From contig JAMWBK010000009.1 in assembly GCA_029953675.1 (NCBI GenBank), positions 434,001 to 498,000 on the forward strand: a stretch of 64,000 nucleotides of DNA. The letters are read 5' to 3'. The translations under genes and the position numbers were made by a program. The stretch comes from Rhodosorus marinus CCMP1338. Taxonomy: Eukaryota; Plantae; Rhodophyta. Shown here in pieces: positions 23,956-36,951 of this stretch (positions within the stretch are counted from its first letter, which is position 1; every line of letters begins with the position of its first letter). The notes below the pieces were generated by a model, which was given only the letters and a program-made list of their open reading frames with translations, ran no database searches and was not told the origin of the DNA.

Positions 23956-26198
23956 TCATGCACCTGGAAACCCGGCGACCAATTGCGGAATATTAACAGC
24001 CTGCGTTGCGAGGTAAACTCCGGCCCCCGCGAAAAATCCTAAACAACGCAAATGGAAGCACCTTCAACTTCAGCAGCCAATCCATGAGAAAAGAAGGGCA
24101 ACAGTCTAGCCCAAGAGCGAGTTCCAGCGTACCTGCCAAAGCCGGAAGACTGATTTTTTTCAAGTACCAGAAGAAGTCAGTTTTCTCCATTCCCATCAAG
24201 GCCACACCGGCTGCTGATCCTATAACGAAAATACTGCCTCCTGTGCCTATTCAGGGTCAGAGTTATCATCTTTAGCCGCCGTCTGATATACAGCTTACAG
24301 TAACGGAGAGACCCAAGGCCCTTACCAGCGCAGTAAGCAATCAACTGCCAGAGTTTGGAATCTACAGGGAACTGCGTAGGATCGTACATTCCCATGCTAG
24401 CAGCGACTAGGGGCACGTTGTCGATGATCGCGCTGAACAAGCCAATCGCAATGGCGACCAAGTCCAGGTTCGGTAAAACCGTGTCCAGTTTCACAGCCAG
24501 GGCACGGAGCAGTCCCTGGTGTTCAAGGGCTCCGACACTGAGTAAGATTCCAAGGAAAAACAACACGCTTGACGTATCAATCCGTTGCAAAGCAGATTCT
24601 GCCCTTCGAAAGTCTGAATTTTGATCATCCCCGCGATTGATATAGTCCGTAATCACCCAAAGGGTCCCAAGGCCGCATACCATGCCCATGAAGGGAGGAA
24701 GTCCTGTGGCCGCCTACTCACCACAAAGCCACAAGAAACAAAGCTATGAGCGACATTGAATGGATCATCCGGCAGTGGGTTCTTTCTGGCCCCCAAACGA
24801 GAAACATAGAGTGTCATAGGGACTGATTTCTGTTCCGCACCTTGAATATTGGAACACCTACAAGTGCACCAAGCCCACCCCAGAACACGATTTGCCTCTT
24901 GTTCTCCATCCCTACTTCCTCCACTGCCGGCTCTGAAGGCTCCGACCGCTTGACATCACCGCTTAGCGTTGGAGTCACAACAGCTAGCGACACGAGCAAG
25001 GAGACCATTGATGGAAGGAACAGGTCAGTCATTGTGGTCAGACCTGAAATGTTGCCGTTAATCCACAGCATAGTCGTGGTTACGTCTCCAATTGGTGTCC
25101 ACGCGCCACCAGCATTGGCCGCAATGACAACAACACCTCCGTAGAGTTTGCGTTCTTCGGGATCGTCAACGAGCTTCCGAAGAAGCGACACCATGACGAT
25201 GGTTGAGGTCAGATTGTCCAGGACAGAGGACATAAAGAACGTCACGAATCCAATGATCCAGAGCAGCTGACGCCTCGAAGTCGTCCTTATGAAGTTGGTG
25301 ACAATCTTGAAGCCTTCGTGGGAATCCACAATCTCCACAATCGTCATAGCTCCGAGAAGAAAAAATAGAATCTCCGACACGTCGCCCAGCTTCTCGGTGA
25401 GGGCAGGTAGCGTTTTTTCAACCGTGCTCGAGGCGGTAACCATAGTCCCTGTGTGCCCGAGAACAAAGGCGGATGAGAAGGTCTGGGGAAATCAAATGAA
25501 AACTCATCAATGTGGTGAGAGCTTACACATAAAGGAAGCCATAATCAAGCTGACTGCGCTCTTGTTTAGTTTCAGGATATCTTCAAAGACAATCGCGCCG
25601 TACCCAAGCAAAAATATGGCTATGGACACAATCTGTCCGTTGGTTTCCAGTTGGTCGGATAAAAGCAATCCATAAGTTATTGGGACCAGCGCAAACACAG
25701 CCAAACAGTACAGCAGATCATTGAACGCATTTTGCCCAGTATTGTGTGGATGCTCCTCATTTGCCTGTTCAGCACAGAATTCCAATACACAGGAGAACAC
25801 ACCTGAGAACAACTACGGAAACTAGAACAACTGCAGAAAAGAGCTTACGGTCATATCAGGGTCAGCAACAGTGGACAGGCTTGAGTGAGCAGCTACATTA
25901 CTTAGTTCCTGAGATCCAGAAACGAATCGTGAATTAGCTCCGGAGGTACGACAAATCGGATGCCCCGCGCAATCGGTTTGTACAAGAATACCTCAATCGC
26001 AGGATCCACAACGGGCTCCAGTTTCACTGCATCCACGGCAGGAGTTCTCTCAAGGTCCGTACTGGGGGGAGCTCTATCCTCAGAATGCGATTCCATCCTC
26101 CACTTCGCAAACGCATTGCGCTTCCGCACAATCCGATCACAACCTCTCCCACCTCGGGCTCTCACAACACCACCACCCAAGACGAACCCGATCGCCAT
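23956..26198 (-). CDS. NHD1: NhaD-type Na+/H+ antiporter (plastid NHD1-like), multi-exon
   Basis: NKSAV, LFFLLGAMTIVEIVDSHEGF, LDNLTSTIVMVSL, AANAGGAWTPIGDVTTTMLW, SAIIDNVPLVAA and GTGGSILVIGSAAGVA motifs; N-terminal transit peptide. Confidence 0.93.
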
Positions 26199-27533
26199 CT
26201 TGATTTCCCCAAAATAAACAGTTCTAAAGACCCTCTCCACCCAGAGCATAACAAACACAAACAATAGCTAGCCAGACAGACCACAAACCCGCCCACCTCC
26301 CCCACAAGCTCAATCAGTCCTACACGTAAACCATTCTCTTGCAAGAAACCCTAATTCGGAAAGCCCATCCGCCTCAAACCCCCAACGAACCGTCACCAAG
26401 TAATCGTCTAAAAGACCAACCGTAAATAAACTTCGTATTTCATGTAAACTAAATCTAAAAAATCACTATTTTCCATATCGTTCGATTTATCGTAGTTGTT
26501 TTAGGAGGGGATAGATATATTATCTCGGGAGGATAAACGTCGATATTATTTTCATATTAGTTATAATACTGAGTTTTGAGTGTCGGGGGGGTAAACACAT
26601 AAAATATTATGATATCGGTATTGTTTTTATTATATTATTCAATACATTTTATGTAATATGATATAAATTATCCTTATGTCTTCTGTTTCTCGACTCACGA
26701 TGTGAGTTCACATTTGTCAATAGCATCTTGACTGACTATTGTCGAATATATTTTTATATGGGTATAGTTTCTGTCAATGGAAATATGGTTAGTTTTTTTA
26801 TTTTATAATACAGTTATATCGTATTTATCCATTTCGATAAACCCCTAACCCCCTAGAGGTATTATTGTGGGATCGAGATATAGACTGATTCAATCTATTT
26901 TTCTGGTGGCAGGAGAGTGGTTAACACACATTAGGCAACCAGAAGATGACGCGTGTTCTTCACTTTAGAAGGAGCAAGCTCATTGGTAACAAGTTTTTTT
27001 GCGTTCTCTTGCGCGGCCATTGGATTTAGCTGGAATGGATCCTGCAACGTCGGGGAAAGCCATTGCTTAATGTACTGGAGAACTGCGCGACCTCCCCGCT
27101 GGAGACTGCTTGTTGAGATGGACGAATCAATTTACGTGTGGACGATCTGATACATCTGATTAGCGGGGGGAAAGGTCATCATTGCTTCTGCGGAAGTTCG
27201 GTTCTGTCTAGGGTAGTTGATGGCTTGCTCTTGGATACACCGGGTAGGAAATCAATTTTGTTGTTTTTTTTGTCAACAAAAAAAACAACAAAATTGACTA
27301 AGGCGACTGTTGTCCTCGCTAAAGCACAGATACGATCTGTCGGAAGCGCCGCCAAGACCCAGGTTTAGAACACTCCATCCTCATTCCCGAAAAAACGAAA
27401 AGGTCTTTCGAACCCATGACTTTTCAAGCCCCAACTCCACCAACTCAGAAAAAACAATGTTTTACTCAGGCGTATGTATTCTCGCCAGCACTGCCAAAGA
27501 CCTTGCAGAAATAATCAATCGTTCTCATACTAA

Positions 27534-29110
27534 TTAGATACTCATTTCTCCCAAAGTCTCCTTTGCGCCTTCTCCCCTTCCGTAGAAGGCCGCACTCGTC
27601 GTCGGGCCGAACTGTACGGATCCCTTCGCCTTGAACGCCATGATAAGTCCCTTCGCTTGGTTGTATCCGCGCTGATACATAGTGGTGGTCTCCGTAGAAA
27701 GCTCATATGCCCTGCAAAGAGATTCGCCAACCAAAATTGACTGCAAAGGAAGTGTCGAATAAGAGTTGTTTTTGTCAGAAAAGTGATCCTGAAACATCTA
27801 GCTGTGCGGTGCGGACGACGCTCGAGCCGTTCCGGTAGCACATTGGACGTCCCGCGTCTCTATGAAAAGGTTGCGTTGGGTTGGAGTGCGTACGTTGTAG
27901 CCCATATCTCGGAGCTCCCAGGCGTCCAAGTTTCCTGAAATTCCGCTCTCCGCCACGCTGACGACGTCATCCGGAATAAGCGGTCTAAGCCTCCTCGCGG
28001 TCTCAAGAGATACTTCGAAAGTTCTCAAATTCCTATTGTTGACCCCGATAATCTTTGCTCCACTGTCAACAGCGATCTTCAGCTCATCTTCGTCGTGCAC
28101 TTCCACAAGCGCTTCAATTCCTACTCGGGGTAGTCCAACAAAATCCACAATTTCAGATGAAACCAGAGCGTATCACATGGGTTGAAGACACAAATCAGAG
28201 CGACAGCAACAGTGCATACCGATTCTTTCGCAAGCATCCAGGAGTTCCTTAGTCCTCTTTTCTCCAAGAGCGGACACAATCAGGAGCACAGCAGAAGCGC
28301 CCGCAACAGCGGCCTCTGCAATTTGAATCTCGTCAATGGTAAAGTCCTTTCGCAGCACAGGACATGGTGGTGGGTACTCGTCTACGCATATGGTCAGAAC
28401 CTTAATCTTAGTCAGGCTCTTATTGAGTCCTGAGGCTCTTCCTACCTTTGTAACTTTTCTGCTCAGAAACTACTTCTCGGAGATCATCGAGCGATCCTCC
28501 GAATCCCTCGTAATCGGTAAGCACAGAAATACAGCTTGCTCCAGCCTCCCAATAGGTTCTTGACAGTAGCGCTGGGTCTTTGATATAAGCAATATGTCCC
28601 TTGCTCGGACTTCTTCTCTTGATTTCCGCTATGATTGTTAGAGTGTTGTTCGGGCGCTTCAAGGCAGAGTAGAAAATGCCCGAGACTTCGTTTTCACCGG
28701 CAAGGCGTTTCGCAATGGGGTGATCAGGTCCCGCGGCTTCGACCTGTTTGTGGGAAACGGACTACTCGTAAATAAACATGTCAGATAAAGGTGCCTTGGA
28801 AATCCCGCCTACCTCTGCCTTCAGTTTGGCAACTTCTTCCTCCTTCCGCTCAAGAATACTCTTGAGAACATCTGGAATTTCAGTCTTGATATCTGTCGTC
28901 ATCCTAGCAGGCACAACGGCATCCCATTTTGATTTTAACGCCTGAAACCCTGTTCAATTTTCAGGACAGTCCAAAACAGCCGCTGAGAAAACACCAACAG
29001 ACAGGACAAAGATGTAAAAATTCGCACTCACCTGAACTCCTCGACTGTCCAAGAGCACGACCTGTGCCCACTCCAGACACTCCAAAGAAGGCCGACACGA
29101 AAGCCATCAT
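27534..29110 (-). CDS. trpC: Indole-3-glycerol-phosphate synthase, plastid-targeted, multi-exon
   Basis: IIAEIKRRSPSKG, ISVLTD, LRKDF, LVEVHDEDEL, IIGVNNRNLRTF, VAESGI and LVGESL motifs; transit peptide MMAFVSAFF. Confidence 0.95.
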
Positions 29111-29449
29111 GCCGAAGCAAAACACAAACAAAAAAAACACGAGAACACGCAGCGACGATGCCCCTCTCCCCACCTCCCCTGAAAAACAAAACCGCAGAGA
29201 CAAGACGATACAGAACAGCTCTCCCCTCCACCGAAAAACTAAAAGTCGTCGTTCCAGAACCAAAATATTATATTGTATATGGATCAGCTCCAGACCTCCC
29301 CTACTACTCCAAACTAAGAACCATAACAAAGAACAAACAACATCTCCTCCGTCGATAAACTTCACGAAGAAATGTCACGAGGACCTCAACAACCCCACCG
29401 CAAAAATTCTTAAAATAAAAAATAAAATATTATCATTAATAAGATCGCC

Positions 29450-30302
29450 GTCATAAACCGTCCGATAAAGGTTATCAGACGTGTCCGATTTTTCGTGTCG
29501 GTATAATATTGAGCTAAGATAGAAAATTAGACTGTGTGTGTATACAATTCGTAGTCAAAGCCTGTCTGATTGCTCGTCCGATAAAACGTCCACTATTCAA
29601 TCAACGTTCGTCCGATAATCAATCATCTCTGGCGAGATATTGAATCATGATTACTTCTCGGATTGACAAGCTGTCACTCTAGGTTAGCTTTGTCAGGTCG
29701 TGCAGGGTTGTTATTCACGTCCGATAAATAAAAAAAGCCCGATTGCGTACGACAAATATCGGACAGTTGGATTAAACGTTTATAGGACCTGAATATAAAA
29801 ATAATAGAAGGTATTTTGGAGGACTCCCGTCCGATATAAGTTTATCGAACTTAAATAAAAAAAGACATACGAGGTTTCGTCCGACAAATGGTCCGATAAA
29901 GACCGATTCCACGTCCGATGTCCTGAACTCGATCCAGATTGCGTTTTCCAAGTCGTCGCCACCTCTACCGAATGATGTGACAGCCTGTCATTTTTCAAAA
30001 GTAATCATGATTCATTACGTGAGGTGACAGCTTCGCACGCTGAGGAGCAGGGACTACTTAGTCGCATTAATGATATGAGAGAGAGCTTATGATATCAAGA
30101 AAGTAATCATGATTCAATGGCCGGACCGGAGATGATTGATTACTAGACTAACGTTGATTGAATATTGGACGATTTATCGGACCCGTTTATCGGACGTGGA
30201 AAATCAGACCCGTCTTAAAAATAATTTCAATCGAAGACCGAATATTTTTCTAATGCTTTTCAATAATCTTTCCGCATGAAAATTTATCGGACGGTCTATG
30301 AC
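29450..30302. mobile_element. Non-autonomous fold-back/MITE-like element with inverted ends and oriented subterminal motifs
   Basis: 20-bp inverted repeat 29450-29469 / 30283-30302 (19/20 match). GTCCGA(TAAA) motifs are mostly forward in the left part and reversed at the right end. No ORF; no target-site duplication found. Confidence 0.6.
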
Positions 30303-31223
30303 AACGCTACTGTAATGACGGTGGAATATATTGAATTAAGATTATTTCTGAGCTCTATCGGCTGTCATACACTATCTATTTGTTTGCTAAAAGAGGAATG
30401 GGAAATGGGATAAATTGCTGATCATTCAGGCGTTAAAACCTGTTGTTGCTTTCTTGCAGTCAATAGGATGTACAAATCAGATTCAAAGTGCGGTGGAGAG
30501 GAACACAAGTACCTCGGAAAGTCAATATCTCTGATCAAGGAGACACTGAAGATGAGCCAGCGCCAGTATGACAGAAAATCGGTTAAAGGTTGACATAGGT
30601 TTCGTCAGAGAACTATTTCGAGTACTCACAACTTACCAATCTTATTTGGCTACAGTCGAAAGATAACATGGCCGACCCTCTAACAAAAGGTGGACGTTGG
30701 TAGGATTCTATGAAATCCTAGATACAAGATGATTACAAGTACCGGGCCTGCCAGACCGCTCGGTTGCTGCAGCACTAGCCACGCCCGTACGAACCGGTCA
30801 GCGGGAACTGCTGCTTAGACTGTATCGCTGATCCGTAGTCATAAACGTTTAGTTTTCAGAGAAAACTTGACTGCAAGTAAATCTACTTTTGAACACGATT
30901 ATCTTGATCCATCTAATTGCTCCTAAAATACTCATATACGAACTTATAATCTATTTATTTATACAAAACCAGTATTATGAGCGAATAGACGACGCTCACT
31001 ACTTCGAACGGTTTTATGATTGGACATATCTTCTTCAAAGAAGATATATTTTTGCATGAATAGAAGCACAGGAATTTCGCTTTGGCAGTTCAGACGGCCG
31101 AGCCCCTTTGAGGAAGTGGGGTGGACGGGGTGCTGGTGCCCGGGCGCATCCTTCTGAACATGAGAGCAGAGTAATTTCAGGTACACATGGAAGCTTACCG
31201 ACGGCGCTTCATTGTTAACCGGA

Positions 31224-32392
31224 ATGGATATTGGAGAACGGAAGGAAATCCAGAGAAGCATATCCGAGTATGTCAAAGATGAGCGCGTTGAATCGCTTGA
31301 TTTCTTGGTTAGAACTGTTTCGAATAGAGAAAGGGAGGCTACAGTGGTTGTTTTTGACAGCTTGATGTATTGGGTGAAGTCTAAAATGTACCTGCATCGA
31401 GCTCAAGCAATAGGACTGCTAACTCGTTTGGTGCTCAAGTCAAAGATTCTTGCTAGTTTGGTAACAAGGTCTGCTTCCAAGATCGTCAACTACACTGTCT
31501 TAGATGAGAAATGCGACAAGAAGCTCTCCGATGAAGTTCAGAAGTTTTTCCTTCGGTGGTTTGTCGCGTATGAAAACCTTGATGACGTGAAAAGAGCAGC
31601 CAACCAGCTCGCAACCGTCCAGGGGATGGAAAAGTTCGTCGAGGAGCGAGAGAAAATTGGCGCTGAGAAGATTGCCATTCAGCGCATACTGATTGAAATG
31701 GAGAGCAGATTCACCGAGATCGTTCCCGATTTTGGTTCTGAAGGAACGGAGCTATTTCAAACGAACAACCCACCCGTAGGTCATGGAATCAACGGCCAAG
31801 CCACTCCGGCTGTTGTTGATCATGACGGTGACATTGAGATTTCCCTCGACCTCCGAGTACGAAACGACGAAAACGAGCCCATCTACTCGGCACTAAGAGC
31901 TCGCCTGCGCCTGCTTTCGACTTGTGAAGATAGCCTCCTTAGAATGTTAGAAGCTGCTGATATTCCCGCAACAGTTTTCGATAGCCTTTGGGAGCAGGTG
32001 AGATACCTTCACCTTGAGAGACAACGTTACCTGGCCTCATGCTGAGTATGTTTTGCTTCTCTCCCTCTCAGCTTCGCGAGGTGAGAGAAAAGAGCTCAAG
32101 ATTTGACTTAGAGGAGCAAGGCGAGGAGGAAATGGAATGGGAATCCGCCGAAGATTTAACTGAGGTCGATATCGTACGGGAACCAGAGCGACCCCCATTA
32201 GATGAGCGCATTGGCAACGTTGAAAACCCAGACGATTTAAACGCGGCAATTTTTCGTGCTGTCGAGTCTGGAGATATCCGCGACCATCTTCGATCTCGTC
32301 GGCGAAGACCGGTGAAGAAGAGGCCGCAAAAGTCGACTCCTAAGGGTCGAATTCAGGCGCTGTTGAAACGGATGGGGGGCAGGAAGAAGTAG
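31224..32392 (+). CDS. UVSSA-like protein (VHS-like N-terminus), 2 exons
   Basis: N-terminal pattern (VVFDSLMYWV...HRAQAIGLLTRLVLKSK) and the segment RNDENEPIYSALRARLRLL resemble UVSSA. Intron 31998-32073. Confidence 0.6.
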
Positions 32393-32467
32393 GTTGTGCT
32401 GACGTTCCCCCGACGAGCCACTATCCCAGCTGAGATCGTGCATAGGACCGTATTGTTTACATAGAGT

Positions 32468-33976
32468 TTAATCATATTGTAGAGAAGCAGATATCCTTCT
32501 CAAACTTTGTACAGTGAAGACGCAGATAGAGGACTTGCAAAGGTCAAGTAAAGTACTTGGCGGGGTCATCGTCAACATCCTTGGCGAGGATGACGTCATC
32601 TTCCTTCTTCGACTTTTTCTTCTCCGCGGCTTTCGAAGAGCTCGGACCGGCCGGTTTCTTGTTGTACGACTTCTTCTTTGCAGATTTAAACGCGGTGCTG
32701 ACAGGTTCGTCATCCTTGGACTCGTCCAAATCCTTTTTCTGCATCTTATAGTCTGGGAACAGCGCTTTCAATACTTTCTGATACTTGGACCTCAGCCTCT
32801 TGTTCTTCTTCAGTTTTCTAATCATGCGCTCCAAATAAAGAGTTTCCAGCTGATCATTTCCACGTTTTATCTCCCTGGCTCGGCCCTGGTTTTTCAGCCC
32901 CGTTTTCAAGACCTAGAGCGCAAATCATGTCAAAAAGTTGAGGGCGTCAGGAAAACGGTTGTAGTGTTTATTTGAGTGTCTTTCCCGCAGGAATACCTTT
33001 GTTATAAGCGCATCTCTCCTTGCTTTATTCATCATTTTGGTATCCCTCAACGCCCACTGCAACATGCGTAATTCCGACTGCAGAGAATCCTCCTCATCAG
33101 CGTCGACCAAACCCAGGGTTTTCAGCTCATTGGTCACACGAGACTCCAGCGATGTCTGAAATCCCTTCCGATTTCTCTCGTCACCCAGTCCGAGCCATAC
33201 AGAGTCCTCCACAGGGGTATTTTTGGATTTAAGGTTTGGTATGGACATCTAAAGAAAGGAAAATGTTAGATTATCCATTTCGCTGGTAATAAAAGCGCTC
33301 ATGTCGCCGTGTTTTTTCCCTGCAAATTCGTACCGCTTTCCCGCCTCCTTCATCAACTAGTGCAGCCATCAGTCGATGAGTAAAAGGGTAGGCGTTGAGC
33401 CGTTGTTGGAGGTCCTCAACCTCATCCTTGACTGGATCCATGTCATCCGAATCTTGCTCCACGGTATTTCTCTTCTTTTTTGGACGCTTCCCAGCTTGGG
33501 ACCCATTGTTTCCATCCGATGACACGCTCATTGTATCCCAATCGTCATTTCGCTTCAAGAAATTGAGCTGCGGAATTCTTACCGCAGGATCGTATTCCTC
33601 CAAGCTGGCACCACGTCCGTCCATGTTCCTCAGGAGCTTAACGTCAGTCTCATTGATCGGTCTGAAATACTGTATTAAGAATACGTAAAAAGAGTTCACA
33701 ACATGGTCAGCTCCAACGTTATTACTACATACACAAACAGAGAGCTCCAAAAAAAGAACAGGATGTGGTTCCCGTTCCTTGGAGCTCTCTGTTTGCACAC
33801 CGCTTCCAAGCTTTCGTGCAGCAAATCCTTACAGTTTCAACCTCTTTCCAAAACGGATCCCATTCCTCGTGAGTCAGCGGGTCATGCTTCTTTCCACTCT
33901 CCGGCAACGCGAAAGCCAGCGTTTCGTTGCTAACGTCGATCATCCCGGTTGCGGGACGGGATTCGTCGTCCCTCAT
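32468..33976 (-). CDS. ADA3: SAGA/ATAC adaptor subunit Ada3 (NGG1/TADA3), multi-exon
   Basis: FWKEVETYFRPI, YPFTHRLMAAL, LESRVTNELKTLGL and DSLQSELRMLQ match the Ada3 conserved blocks. Confidence 0.82.
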
Positions 33977-35225
33977 CTTGCCCTTGCATCCACACAAAAA
34001 CTAAGGGCAAAAAAAGGACTCCAAGCTTGCTAAAAACTACCTCCGTCCTCCGCTACAGCTGGGGGAAACCCAAAAACCCTCTCTCTCAAAAAACACAAAA
34101 GGTCCTATAAACCCTCCAGCGTCTCGCAAAACACATCAAAACAAAGCTCTTCGCGACCAAGAAAACATGATAATGAAGGGGTTAAGAAGAAATATATATA
34201 ATTTCCATCAAAAATTCAGTTCTCTTTGTCTAAGCAACTCAAATTCCAACTTCACTCACAACGAATCGTCTCTTCCTCCTCCCCAAAGGCTCCCAGTGTG
34301 CGCTTTCGTCTTTAAATAATGGCTTTGACCAAAACGCCCTTTTCTGAGCTGAAAGTCAAGTTTGTGTTTTGAGGTCTTCACGAGCGTAAGAATGGATAGC
34401 TTTTAGTTGTAGGACGCAACGGAAATCGCTTTGGTCGAGATTGGATTCCTCAGAAGGAGCGTAGGGCTTGCAAGGCGCATTCTCTTCCAGTTTGAGAACT
34501 CATTTGGTAAAGTCTGCGTACCTGCGGAGGGTCGTGAGTTGGAGCCAAGCGTGCTCCCTCTTCGTTGAGAGCTTAATGACTTTCCCGTTTATTCTTCGGA
34601 CAAATCCTAGCGAGTTCAAGAACACTGCGGAACTACATCAGACTACTGTAGGAGCAACCCCATTTTCCTCCTACCCGCACGGCCAGCCAGCCCACACGAG
34701 CTTATAACCCCCCTTTCACAACATCCAATTCAAAACCAAAAGCTCATTTACTGTTCAAAAAAGCTGATCAGAAATTCCAAAGTACAAAGTCCTTGGGGGT
34801 TACAAAATATAGAAATGACCCCATTAGTACTCATTACTAACCCACAATGTAGAAACGAACCAACTCGAGTAAATGATTGATAAAAGTACTAACTTCACAA
34901 AAAAGCCCCATGATTTACCTTTTGGAGGCATAGTACGGACGACATGTAGTCTGATAACTTATTTGATTGAATCCATCATTATTTCTGCTCGCTGAGCGTA
35001 AAGGGAGTGTTCGCGGTTGTGGTTGCGGGGTTGCGGGGGATGGGCTTCTGCTGGATGTTTTGTTGCCTCTTTCTGCACCTTTGAGGTTTCTGTGGTTTAG
35101 ATTTAGTTTCATCTGAGCGTTTTGGAAGGGTAGAGGTGCTTTCACGGATATGCTCTTCTTTCTTGCTTAGAGAAAGTCCGTCATTCTTGATTTTGCTTGT
35201 TTTCGGGTTTCGGCTTTTGGAAGCG

Positions 35226-36571
35226 ATGGCGTCGTATACTGGGACTGGAAGGGATACTGCACGTATTCAGCATCTTGAAGAGGAGCGTAAACGGAAGCGA
35301 GAGGAGCTTGAGCGTCAGAAGAGTGCGATTTCAGAGGCGACTGCGACGTCCAAGTATCGACTTGGGGAGAACTTTGTCTCGCATAAAGAGTCTGTGGAGG
35401 ATTTGCTGAAGAAAGATACAGTTGGCCTTGTGAGTTTTCAAGATTTTAAGGCGAAGAGACAGTATCTAGAGCAGAGGGCGGCGGAGGAACTGGAAAAGCG
35501 TGAAGCTGCAAGGCGCGAGGAGGAGACTTTGGCAAGGAAAAATAGACTGCGAAAAGCCAACAAGGCGAAACTGTCCTTCGCTGATGAAGAGGATTCCGAA
35601 GACTCAGATGAGAGCTCAGATATTGATGCAAAGTCCAATATCGCCAAGGAATCGAAATCCGCTGACGAAAACTCAGAGGCGAAAGAGACCAAGGTATGTC
35701 CGCACCCCCGGCGAACATTTAAAATCTGAAGACGGAGCTAGCCATCCACACAATTGCTGAGAATTTTGCTCCTCTGCTTGCACATTGTTTGAAGGAAATT
35801 GAGATCGACCAGAGCAGCAAAAGAAGGTTGGGGAAAAATCCATCCGCGAACACAACCTTTTTACCGGATAGAGACCGTGAAATAGCTGAAAAAGCTGAGC
35901 GCGAGCGTCTCAGACAAGAATGGGAAAACGAGCAGAGGGTGATGAAGGAGCGAATGATAAAGATCACATACAGTTACTGGGACGGATCAGGTATGTAGAA
36001 CCGGCCTGCCGGTCACATCGGTTTTTGAAAACTCTGAACTAAACACGTCCCTGACGACGAGACATGACTTGTTGTTGATTGACAGGTCACAGGCGTACCT
36101 TATCTTGCAAGATGGGTACGACAATAGGCAAGTTCCTCGCGATGGTCCAGTTGGAGTTTCACGATCTTCGCAACGTCAGCGCCGACATGCTTATGTACAT
36201 CAAGGAGGATCTCATCATCCCCCACCACTATAGCTTCTATGACTTCATTGCTACCAAAGCTAGAGGAAAGTCGGGCCCCTTATTCAACTTTGACGTTCAT
36301 GATGACGTTCGAATTATTAATGATGCGAGTAAGGAGAAAGAAGATGCTCACGCTGGCAAGGTATGAACCAAGCCACTCGCATACGCAAGGGATGTTCATA
36401 GTCAATGCATCTGCTGATAGCTGAACCTCCTTTCGGTCCTCCGATTTGTAGGTTGTCGAGAGGCGATGGTACGAAAGGAACAAGCACATTTTCCCAGCAT
36501 CACGGTGGGAAGTCTACGACAAGAACAAGAACTATGGCGAGTACACTATCCATGGGGGTGAAGTTAACTAG
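35226..36571 (+). CDS. XAP5: XAP5/FAM50 (XAP5 circadian timekeeper-like), 4 exons
   Basis: [72 protein letters not shown] and [18 protein letters not shown] motifs. Confidence 0.95.
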
Positions 36572-36951
36572 CTCTCAGAAAGGCTCGTCGAGGAGCAATC
36601 GTATTTATACAGACAGAGCGTGGATGCCGAGAGGCGCTAAAGCCATCTGCCCCTAACTAGCTGCACTGGTTCAATCGTAGCTCTGAACTGCCCTCTACAC
36701 AACAAGTGGAAAGCTATAAAGCAGTAAGAACCATCATTTCGTTCTTTTAGTCAGAAAGCTTCAAGAGGACACCTAACAGTTATTTTCAAGTGAAAAGTGC
36801 GTATTGCGATGCCGAGGATAGCCGTAAGATATCTGAAGCGCATTTTCTCGACGAAGCAGAAGCACTTGCGGAGATTGGCACTGACATGCTCTTTTCTTTA
36901 AGAGTACAAAGCCCTACGTTCGCCGAAGGGGCAGACTGCAATAAGAATCGC

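Noticed and set aside
1303-26354. AAACCCTAA telo-box-like motifs at 1303, 3899 (reverse) and 26346
   Set aside because: Only three exact 9-mers in 64 kb, too few to separate from chance in AT/C-rich flanks. No telomeric array.
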